Below are positions 17,784 through 25,344 of a stretch of 64,000 bases of DNA, one piece after another. Below the pieces are notes generated by a model that ran no database searches, was not told the origin of the DNA, and saw only the letters and a list, made by a program, of their open reading frames with translations. Position 1 is the first letter of the stretch. Every line of letters starts with the position of its first letter. Source of the stretch: Candidatus Limiplasma sp. Its GTDB lineage: Bacteria > Bacillota > Clostridia > Christensenellales > Aristaeellaceae. Made by a program: the position numbers and the translations under genes. The stretch covers positions 189,567 through 253,566 of the forward strand of contig CAXXCY010000001.1 of assembly GCA_963674895.2 (NCBI GenBank). Direction: 5' to 3'.

Positions 17784-19250
17784 TTACAGCTTATGGTAAA
17801 TGGGCGTCAGCGCCGCCGTGATCTCTTTGTAGAGCTTGAAGCGCCCGGCATAAAACGCCGCGCCCTGCGGATCGGGCGCCGTTACGCCCTCTTCCGCGAC
17901 ACAGCGCTTCACGGCGTCGCTGTGGCCGCTGAAAACGCCCACGGCAACGCCCGCGAGCATGGCGCTGCCCAGGGAGCTGTCGATGTTCTTGACGGTCGCA
18001 AGCGGAATGTTCAGCATGTCGGCCATGATCTGGCGCCACAGGACGCTTTTCATCCCGCCGCCGATGCCCACCGCGGTTTGGGGCGCGATGCCCATATCCT
18101 TGAGCGTCTCATAGCAGTCCTTCATGGAATAGGCGACGCCCTCCAGCACCGCGCGGTTGAAGTGCGCTTTGGTGTGGAAGCCCGCGGCCCCGGTAAAGCT
18201 CGCGCGCAGCCGGTCGTCCAGGTAGGGCGTGATTTCGCCCTGCAGATAGGGATGGAAGAAAAGCCCCTCGCAGCCGCGCTCCACGGTCGCCGCCTGTTCG
18301 TCCAGCTCTTTGAAATCCCCGCCGAACGTATCCCGGTACCAGCGGTTGGACGCCGCGCAGCTTTTGGTGGCCGTGCCGGGGTACCACAGGCCCTTGACCA
18401 CGTGCCGGTACGTAACCAGGCGCGGATCCACCACCTCGTGGTCCGTTACGGAGCAGATGCGCCCCGCGGTTGCGAGCTTCACCGTCGCCTGCCCCACGCG
18501 CACCGCGCCCGCGGCATAGACCTCCATCGCCGTGTCCGTCGCGCCCGCGATGACTACGGTTTTGGCCGACAGCCCGGTATCGGCCTGCGCCTGTCTGGTC
18601 AGGGGCGACATGATCTGCGTCGGGTCCACCAGCGGCGGCATGATGGCGGGATCCAGACCCGCCAGCCCGCAGAGCGTTTCGGACCAGCTATTGCGCTTGG
18701 CGTCCAGCAGCAGAAAGCCCATCGCATCGATCGTGTCCGTGGCGTAATCGCCGGTAAGTCGGTAGCGGACATAGTCCTTGACGGCCAGCACCTTTTTGAC
18801 CTTCGGCAGGACGTCCGGCTCGTGCTCCTTGAGCCACATCAGCTGCGGAAGCGTCCAGAGGCTGGACACGCTGTTGTAGCACTCGCGCATGATCTCGCCG
18901 CCCATTTCGGCCTTCAGGCGCGCGGCCTGCTCGGCGGCGCGCGAATCCGTCCAGTAGATGGCGCGGCGCACGGGCGTTCCGGCCGCGTCCAGAAGCACGG
19001 CGGTATGGGTGGCCGCGTCCAAGGCGAGCGCCGCGATATCCTCCGGCCTGATCCCCGTTTCCCAGAGCAGATCGCGGACGTTTTTTACAAACGCGTCGTA
19101 GCTGTCCTCCGGGTCCTGTTCGGCCCAGCCGTTGTGCGGATAGTAGGTGGGGTATTCCCGGCTCCTGGTTGCGGCGACCGTGCCGTCCTCCCGAAGCAGC
19201 GTCGCCTTGGAAGACGATCCGCCGAAATCCACGCCCAACAGGTATTGCAT
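17784..19250 (-). CDS. FGGY-family carbohydrate kinase (xylulokinase-like)
   Basis: 488 aa. LGVDFGGSSSKATL N-terminal ATPase motif, GWAEQDP, GGGMKSVLWRQIMADML. Confidence 0.85.
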   Translation of the reverse strand: MQYLLGVDFGGSSSKATLLREDGTVAATRSREYPTYYPHNGWAEQDPEDSYDAFVKNVRDLLWETGIRPEDIAALALDAATHTAVLLDAAGTPVRRAIYWTDSRAAEQAARLKAEMGGEIMRECYNSVSSLWTLPQLMWLKEHEPDVLPKVKKVLAVKDYVRYRLTGDYATDTIDAMGFLLLDAKRNSWSETLCGLAGLDPAIMPPLVDPTQIMSPLTRQAQADTGLSAKTVVIAGATDTAMEVYAAGAVRVGQATVKLATAGRICSVTDHEVVDPRLVTYRHVVKGLWYPGTATKSCAASNRWYRDTFGGDFKELDEQAATVERGCEGLFFHPYLQGEITPYLDDRLRASFTGAAGFHTKAHFNRAVLEGVAYSMKDCYETLKDMGIAPQTAVGIGGGMKSVLWRQIMADMLNIPLATVKNIDSSLGSAMLAGVAVGVFSGHSDAVKRCVAEEGVTAPDPQGAAFYAGRFKLYKEITAALTPIYHKL

Positions 19251-19295
19251 TCTTTCGCCTCCCCTTTGGTTCCATCAGCGCCGGCCGGGAATATA

Positions 19296-19335
19296 CCATA
19301 CGGCATGCAGGCCCGGGAGGCCGCATGCCGTACGG
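19296..19335 (-). other. strong intra-operon stem-loop between the Fe-S gene and the FGGY kinase gene
   Basis: 13-bp stem CCATACGGCATGC / GCATGCCGTACGG. Its single non-Watson-Crick position is a G-U pair on the transcribed (minus) strand. An inner GGCC/GGCC pairing extends it. Confidence 0.4.
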
Positions 19336-19345
19336 CGCAAAACCG

Positions 19346-20428
19346 TCAGCAGCGTGTATCCAGCAGTTCAAACAAATCGATATACCGGTACCCCTCCGGC
19401 GCCGCCGCGGCGAGGGCCTCCGTGCTCTGCGGGCAGGCGGCGACCAGCACCTTCGTCTTGGTGCGCCTGGCGTCGTCCCAGCGCCCGGCGGCAATCCTGC
19501 GCGACAGCTCCGGGAAGCAGCGGCCGAACAGCGCGCTGCCGCAGTCCCGTGCCAGGCGGCGGTTCTGGAACATTTCATCCAGTTCGCAGCCCATCGCGGC
19601 CAGGATGTCGCGCGCGGGCTGGTGCTCCTCCAGATCGCGGGCCAGCCGGCTTCCGTCGTGATAAGTGACGACCAGGCTTTCTTTCCGCGGTGTCAATTTT
19701 CCTGCCTTGATCAGCCCGTCCGTGAAATTCGTAGCCGTAATAATTTCTGGCAAATCAATGCCCCAATCCTTGCACTGGTGCAGGAAGAAGGCGGCGTCGT
19801 AGCTGTCCAGCACGACGAGCGTTTTCGCGCCGGACGCCGCGATAGCCTCCGCGGCCCGCTTCGCCTGCTGGCGCACATCTTCCACATACCCCGTCAGGTC
19901 GCCCAGCGCGCAGCCGGACGGCGGCTCGTTTTTCAGCACCGCGAAGGGCACACCCGCTTTTTTCAGAACGCTTAAAAACGCGTCCGCGGCCCGCGGGGTG
20001 GAATACCGCGCCGTGGCGCCCAGCCATATCAGCACGCCCCCCGTTTCAGGAACGCCGTCCAGCTTGGCCTTTGGTTTGTCCGCGCCGTAAATGTTGCCGG
20101 TCGTAAGCAGCGTATCCAGCAGCCTGGTTGCGTACGCGGGCGCGATCCCGTCGGCAATCGCCTGCGTGCGCGCCTCGCGGATAAACAGGGGCGGCTCAAA
20201 CCCGGTGACGCAGTCGTCGGTGCACGCGCCGCACAGCAGGCACTCGTACATCACCTCGGCGGCGCTTTCGTCCATTTTCATCCCGCGGTTGAACATCGAT
20301 ACCAGCAGGCCCTTCGCCCTGGGGGTATTGCTCTCTTTGCCCGTCGCCAGCTGCACGGGGCAGAGATGGCGGCACATAAAGCAGAAACGGCATGCGTCCG
20401 CGTTTTTCTTGGCTTTCTCGCTATACAT
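19346..20428 (-). CDS. (Fe-S)-binding oxidoreductase subunit (GlcF/GlpC-like, two 4Fe-4S motifs)
   Basis: CRFCFMCRHLCP and CLLCGACTDDC cluster motifs near the N-terminus. About 360 aa. Start placed at ATG 20428 (AGGA upstream). TTG 20452 is an alternative. Confidence 0.75.
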   Translation of the reverse strand: MYSEKAKKNADACRFCFMCRHLCPVQLATGKESNTPRAKGLLVSMFNRGMKMDESAAEVMYECLLCGACTDDCVTGFEPPLFIREARTQAIADGIAPAYATRLLDTLLTTGNIYGADKPKAKLDGVPETGGVLIWLGATARYSTPRAADAFLSVLKKAGVPFAVLKNEPPSGCALGDLTGYVEDVRQQAKRAAEAIAASGAKTLVVLDSYDAAFFLHQCKDWGIDLPEIITATNFTDGLIKAGKLTPRKESLVVTYHDGSRLARDLEEHQPARDILAAMGCELDEMFQNRRLARDCGSALFGRCFPELSRRIAAGRWDDARRTKTKVLVAACPQSTEALAAAAPEGYRYIDLFELLDTRC

Positions 20429-20453
20429 GGCTCTTATTCCTTTCGACCACAAA

Positions 20454-21878
20454 TTACAGTCCCAGCTTGTAGGGGTTCATGATGCCGTTGGGGTCCAGCG
20501 ATTTCTTGATCCCCTGCAGCACCTGCATGGCGGGCCCGTACTGCTCTTTCATGAGCCGGCTGAGTTTCAGGCCGATGCCGTGATGATCGTTGATAACGCC
20601 GCCGTGCTCCATCGCGGCGCGTACGCCCGCGTTCCAGATCTGGTTGTGCAGGCGGATGGCCTCCATCGGGTCTTCCGGCGGATGGTCCATAATGAAGCGG
20701 TCGTAAATCATCGTGCCCCATTCGTACCAGTGGCTGCAATGGGCGATAAACCGGACGTTTGGGAAATTGTCCTCTACCGCGTGCTTCATGGCCCAATAGA
20801 TATCCTCGATGTTTTTGAAGGTGGCGATGGTATCCATGGTGCCGAACATCTGGGGGATGTCCATGATATGGCCGGGGTAGAAAAAGGTGATGCGGTTTTT
20901 GTACCACTTCTCACCGTATTCGCTGCCCAGGTCCTGCGCGCCCCACTTCTTGCAGATTTCCTGGACGATCTTCATCTCGATGTCCACGATCTCTTTGGCG
21001 CCCTCGACCGCGAGGTTCATAAAATTGCCCTTCTGCGCGAAGCCGATGACGTCCTTGACGATGCTGGTGGTTTCCGCCTCGTCGAAAAACCGCAGGATGG
21101 AGGGCTTGATCTTTTGCATCATATCGCGCCCCGCCATGATGCCGCTGTGCATATCCGGGAACAGAAACGCGCGGAACTGGCGGCTCTCGGGCTGTTCAAA
21201 GAGCTTGAAAGTCGCCTTGGTGATCACGCCGAGCGTACCTTCCGAGCCGATGAAAATCTGGTTGAGGTCCGGCCCGGCCGCATGCTTGGGCACGGGGAGC
21301 GTGTGGATGATATCCCCGTTTGGCAGCACCACCTCCAAAGACAGGCACTGGTCGTCGATCTTGCCGTACTTGGTGGACATGATGCCGATTCCCCGGTGCG
21401 CCAGCGCGCCGCCGACGGTGCCGCAGGTAAGGCAGCTGGGGATATGCTGGCAGGAGTAGCCCTTTTCGTTGGCCAGCCATTCCAGGCGCTGGAAGATCAT
21501 GCCGCTTTCCGCGGTGATGGTGTGGCTGACCTCGTCCAGCTCAATCAGGCGGTCCATCCGCTTCATGTCCAGCATAAGGCCGCCGGACATCGCCAGCGCA
21601 CCGCCCTGGGAACCGCTGCCGCCGCCCCAGATGTGCACGGGTATTTTATAGTAATTGGCAACCACCAGCACCTTGCCGACTTCCTGGGCGCTGCCCGGCC
21701 GCACGACGATATCCGGCACGGGCGGTTTCAAGCCGCGGTCCGCCCACATGCGGGGAATCCAGAAGTAGTCCACGCCGTAGGGCAGACGGTCTCCGTCGCT
21801 GGTGGAGATATTCTCGATCCCGACGATGTCTTCCAATTCCGTACGAATCATATCGCTCATAAAGGCTTTGCGTTCCAT
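20454..21878 (-). CDS. FAD-binding oxidoreductase (FAD-linked oxidase, GlcD / D-lactate dehydrogenase-like)
   Basis: 474 aa from ATG 21878 (GGGAGAGAG RBS). FAD_binding_4 pattern VVRPGSAQEVGKVLVVANYYKIPVHIWGGGSGSQGG and a C-terminal FAD-oxidase_C region (HHGIGLKL). Confidence 0.85.
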   Translation of the reverse strand: MERKAFMSDMIRTELEDIVGIENISTSDGDRLPYGVDYFWIPRMWADRGLKPPVPDIVVRPGSAQEVGKVLVVANYYKIPVHIWGGGSGSQGGALAMSGGLMLDMKRMDRLIELDEVSHTITAESGMIFQRLEWLANEKGYSCQHIPSCLTCGTVGGALAHRGIGIMSTKYGKIDDQCLSLEVVLPNGDIIHTLPVPKHAAGPDLNQIFIGSEGTLGVITKATFKLFEQPESRQFRAFLFPDMHSGIMAGRDMMQKIKPSILRFFDEAETTSIVKDVIGFAQKGNFMNLAVEGAKEIVDIEMKIVQEICKKWGAQDLGSEYGEKWYKNRITFFYPGHIMDIPQMFGTMDTIATFKNIEDIYWAMKHAVEDNFPNVRFIAHCSHWYEWGTMIYDRFIMDHPPEDPMEAIRLHNQIWNAGVRAAMEHGGVINDHHGIGLKLSRLMKEQYGPAMQVLQGIKKSLDPNGIMNPYKLGL

Positions 21879-21889
21879 GTTCTCTCTCC

Positions 21890-22561
21890 CTACCATTTTA
21901 TCTCTATATTTTCCCCGTGCAATCCCGGATACGCGCCCCGCCGAACGACGGGCTCGTTGTCCGGGTGGGCGATCAGCCACTTATCCTTCGCCCATAAAAG
22001 ACGGCCCTCGCCGGCCTCCGGGCGCGGCCCGTCCAGCGGCAGGTTGGTGCCGCGGGGCAGGATGACGATACAGCGGAACCCGCCGCCGCCCGTCTGGCAC
22101 GGGCAGAAATGCAGCGTGGTCGCGTACACCTCGACCGTCGTCCCTTCGGGAACCAGAAATCCGGCGATCCTGCCGGCCGGCAGGTCCGGCCCTTCCATTT
22201 CCTGCTGCGCCGCCACCAGCAGCACCAGATCGCTTACGGCGATATTGTGCTCGCTCGCGCGGTGGTACTCCAGGCAGTTGAGCTTCGTGTTGTATCCCCA
22301 GCAGCACCCGATCTGGCAGCCGCCTTCGCCCCGCAGCTCGCGCCGGACGCTTTCAAACGCCGGCAGGGCTTCCAGTTCCGGCATAGAGGGCACATACCGG
22401 CTGCCGCTTTCGGGCATTGCGGCCGCCTGCTTGCAGGCTGCGATGAGCGAAGACGAATCAAACGCCGCGACGCGGCCGTATCGGCGGAAGGCCGGGTCCG
22501 TAACCGGGTACAGGGGCAGGCCCGGGTTTTTGTCCCGGAGCGAGTTGAGCAAATCCGTCAT
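21890..22561 (-). CDS. DUF4867-like protein of unknown function
   Basis: 223 aa starting MTDLLNSLRDKN. Length and sequence pattern are as I recall for DUF4867. No catalytic motif recognised. Start chosen at ATG 22561; ATG 22582 is an alternative. Confidence 0.55.
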   Translation of the reverse strand: MTDLLNSLRDKNPGLPLYPVTDPAFRRYGRVAAFDSSSLIAACKQAAAMPESGSRYVPSMPELEALPAFESVRRELRGEGGCQIGCCWGYNTKLNCLEYHRASEHNIAVSDLVLLVAAQQEMEGPDLPAGRIAGFLVPEGTTVEVYATTLHFCPCQTGGGGFRCIVILPRGTNLPLDGPRPEAGEGRLLWAKDKWLIAHPDNEPVVRRGAYPGLHGENIEIKW

Positions 22562-22586
22562 CCTATATCGTCCCTCTTCCATCCGT

Positions 22587-23435
22587 CTACCGGACGGTGA
22601 TCGTATGCCTGCGCGCCGCGACGCCGCCGGGCGCGAGCCGGATAAACCCGGGCTTGCGATCGATGCGGGGATCGGCGTCCACAAAGTCCGGCGCGTTGCA
22701 CCAGGGCTCGATGCAGATATAGCCCGCGCCCGGTTTGGTCCAGAACATCAGGGTATCGTGCTGCGGAAAATCCACGCGGATTTCGCGGTTGTGAAGCTTG
22801 CTTCGCAGGGTGACCCCGCGGCTCCTGAGCGTGCGGAACACCAGCGCGTCCACGGCAAAATACTTGTACAGGAGCGGGAGCTCCCGCGTGTTTTCCGCCA
22901 GGGTTTCGGGCTTTCTCAAAATCAGATTGCCGTCGAGAATATACCTCTCCAGCGTTTCCTCCTCGTCAAAGACGATCGTATACGCTTCAATGCCCTCCGG
23001 CGTGGCATACCCCTCGTGCGCGCCGACGCTGAAGTAGAACGCCCGGCTGCCGCGGTTGGCGACGTCGTAGGTCACCTGCAGCGCGAACCCTTCCAGCGCG
23101 TAGCGGGCGCGTAGCGCATACTGAAACGGAAACCCTTCGTTGGGCTGGTCCATCAGAAACGTCACGGCGCTTCCCTCGACGCATTCCACACGCCACTCGA
23201 GCTTGCGCACGAAGCCGTGCTTGGGCATCGCGTAGTGAACGCCGTCCAGCTCGTACCCGTCGTCCCGGAAGCCGCCCGCCACCGGAAACAGGATGGGCGC
23301 GCGGCCGGCCCAAAACTGCGGGTCGCCCTGCCACAGCCTTTCCACGCCGTTTTGATCCCGGATCGATTGCAGTTCCGCGCCCAGCGTGGCGATATCCACC
23401 GTCAGTTCTTCGTTGCGGATGGTAACCAGGCTCAT
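22587..23435 (-). CDS. aldose 1-epimerase family protein (mutarotase-like)
   Basis: 282 aa from MSLVTIRNEELTVDIATLGAELQSI. PILFPVAGG, MPKHGF and CIEPW motifs. The ATG overlaps the PfkB stop (ATGA). Confidence 0.8.
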   Translation of the reverse strand: MSLVTIRNEELTVDIATLGAELQSIRDQNGVERLWQGDPQFWAGRAPILFPVAGGFRDDGYELDGVHYAMPKHGFVRKLEWRVECVEGSAVTFLMDQPNEGFPFQYALRARYALEGFALQVTYDVANRGSRAFYFSVGAHEGYATPEGIEAYTIVFDEEETLERYILDGNLILRKPETLAENTRELPLLYKYFAVDALVFRTLRSRGVTLRSKLHNREIRVDFPQHDTLMFWTKPGAGYICIEPWCNAPDFVDADPRIDRKPGFIRLAPGGVAARRHTITVR

Positions 23436-24376
23436 AGCGCAACCCCTCTTTCTTTCAAAAACGTTCTGCATTCCGCGTCCGTCGGCATACCGAAACGCGC
23501 GCCCAGGCGCGTGCACTTGATGGCCGCGGCGGCGCTTGCGTATACGCACGCGGCCATGGCCTCCATTCCCTTGATGCGAGCCGCGATAAACGCGCCGTGG
23601 AAGGTATCGCCGGACCCGTTGGAATCTATCACGTCCACCTTGAAGCTTTCATAACGGCGCAGGCCCTGTTCGTCCAGCAGGATACCGCCGCGCACGCCCT
23701 GTGTGACGACCAGGATCTCCGGGCGGTAGGTTTCCATCAGCTTGTACGCCGCGTCCTGCGCGTTCCCCGCGCCGGTCGCCTTCAGGGCGAATTCCTCGGA
23801 CGGAATCAGGTAGTCCGCATACGGCAGCAGCTTTTCCACGCCGGGGTACATCCCGCCCGCGTCGTGGCTCACCTTGACGCCCAGCTCCTTGCAGCGCCTG
23901 ACTGCGAACAGGGCCGCCTCCGGCATATGGCCGTCCAGGTGCAGCACCTTGGCGTGGCTGAGGACGTCCAAATCCACATCGCTCTCCCTGGGCGGCTCCA
24001 CCGTGCCGCGGTTCCACACGCAGGTGCGGCTGCCGTTATGTTTGTTGAGCAGAACCACGGCATGGAAGGACACCCGGTCCGCGATACGGCGCACATATTG
24101 GGTGCCGACGCCCCATTTTTCCAGGTCGCCCAGCATGAAACGGCCGAACGAATCGTCCCCGATGGTGCCCATATACGCGGACGGCACGCCCAGCTTGGCC
24201 GCGGCGACCAGCGCGGTCGCGCACGGCCCGCCGCCCTGTACGACGGTTTCCGAGCCTTCCATCTTGGTATCTTCCACCGGAAAGCTGTTCAATACCATCA
24301 GGACGTCATAGACGCTGGAACCGATGCCGATGACCTGCGGATACTCCGCGGGGTCGGCGGATGCGGACTTATGCAT
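23432..24376 (-). CDS. PfkB-family carbohydrate kinase (ribokinase superfamily)
   Basis: 314 aa. GGGPCATALVAAAKLG and the C-terminal DSNGSGDTFHGAF (PfkB signature 2). Confidence 0.85.
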   Translation of the reverse strand: MHKSASADPAEYPQVIGIGSSVYDVLMVLNSFPVEDTKMEGSETVVQGGGPCATALVAAAKLGVPSAYMGTIGDDSFGRFMLGDLEKWGVGTQYVRRIADRVSFHAVVLLNKHNGSRTCVWNRGTVEPPRESDVDLDVLSHAKVLHLDGHMPEAALFAVRRCKELGVKVSHDAGGMYPGVEKLLPYADYLIPSEEFALKATGAGNAQDAAYKLMETYRPEILVVTQGVRGGILLDEQGLRRYESFKVDVIDSNGSGDTFHGAFIAARIKGMEAMAACVYASAAAAIKCTRLGARFGMPTDAECRTFLKERGVAL

Positions 24377-25199
24377 TGCTGCCCTCCGCGCCCAGCAGGC
24401 GGATTTTCTCCAGCGCGAAGCGCTTGACGGCCTGCACGGGCTCCTTCATAAACAGATCGACGGCAAACAGTTCGCGGCTTGTGATAAACACCTGGTCCAG
24501 GAACGAATAGCAGACGTCGGTGCCGAAATTGATCTTGCGGATTCCGGCCTCGATGGCCGCACGGATCTGCCCGTCCGGCACGCCGCTTCCGCCGTGGAGC
24601 ACCGGCGGCACGCCCGTCGCTTCCTTGATTTCACGGATGCGGTCCACGGCGATCACGGGCGCCTGTTTATAATGCCCGTGCGCGGTGCCCACCAGGATGG
24701 CCAGCGCGTCCACGCCCGTGCGCCGGACGTAGTCCGCGGCTTCGTCCACCCGCGTATATTCGGTGTTTACGCCGTCCTTCGCCACGCCGATATGCCCAAG
24801 CTCCCCTTCCACGGGCACGCCCGCCGCGTGGCACATATCGGCGACCCGCCTGGTCGCCGCGACGTTATCCTCATACGGCAGGTCGCTCGCGTCGCGCATA
24901 ATTCCGGTGCAGCCGAAGCGCAGCGCCCTGACAACGGCCTCGTCGCTGGCGCCGTGGTCCAGATGGAATACCGCCTTCACGCTTGAGCGGTGGGCGGCCG
25001 CGAGGATCGACGGGGCCAGGAACTCCGCCTCGCCGCCCGCAAACAGGCGGCTGTACATCTGCAGGATCACGCAGGCGTTCGCTTCCTCCGCCGCGGCCAG
25101 CACGCCCATCGCCGTTTCGGCGTTATAGACGTTGAACGCCGGAATAGCGCAGCCTTTGGTTTCGGCAATTTGTAAAACCACGTTCAGATTTGTCAGCAT
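24369..25199 (-). CDS. class II fructose/tagatose-bisphosphate aldolase family protein (GatY/KbaY/IolJ-like)
   Basis: 276 aa. IPAFNVYN, HLDHG, GELGHIG, GTAHGHYK and LHGGSG metal/substrate blocks. 8-nt overlap with the PfkB gene. Confidence 0.85.
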   Translation of the reverse strand: MLTNLNVVLQIAETKGCAIPAFNVYNAETAMGVLAAAEEANACVILQMYSRLFAGGEAEFLAPSILAAAHRSSVKAVFHLDHGASDEAVVRALRFGCTGIMRDASDLPYEDNVAATRRVADMCHAAGVPVEGELGHIGVAKDGVNTEYTRVDEAADYVRRTGVDALAILVGTAHGHYKQAPVIAVDRIREIKEATGVPPVLHGGSGVPDGQIRAAIEAGIRKINFGTDVCYSFLDQVFITSRELFAVDLFMKEPVQAVKRFALEKIRLLGAEGSNA

Positions 25200-25267
25200 A
25201 CGGGTATCGTTCCTTTCGGGAATGTCGAATAATTTCAGTAATATGATACCATATCCGTAAATTATCT

Positions 25268-25304
25268 ACAATCCCTTTCCGAAATTTCTTCGGAAAGGGA
25301 TTGT
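25268..25304 (-). terminator. 16-bp perfect stem-loop after the isomerase gene (attenuator/terminator candidate)
   Basis: ACAATCCCTTTCCGAA-(5 nt)-TTCGGAAAGGGATTGT, 40 nt downstream of the isomerase stop. On the minus strand it is followed by TGgTATCAT, a possible internal extended -10 for the aldolase gene. Confidence 0.45.
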
Positions 25305-25344
25305 ACGTCGATTGGGCTCTGATTCCATGCCGCTCGCCCGGCGG

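Noticed and set aside
17724-19661. 645-aa plus-strand ORF antisense to the FGGY kinase gene
   Set aside because: Same reasoning. It has no motifs and an extreme Arg/Gly/Ala content, and the opposite strand encodes a well-supported kinase.
20091-23114. 1007-aa ORF on the plus strand spanning four minus-strand genes
   Set aside because: The translation is Arg/Ala/Gly/Pro-rich low-complexity sequence with no recognisable domain. It lies exactly antisense to genes with clear family motifs (FAD oxidase, DUF4867, mutarotase). This is the typical stop-codon-poor antisense frame of GC-rich DNA.
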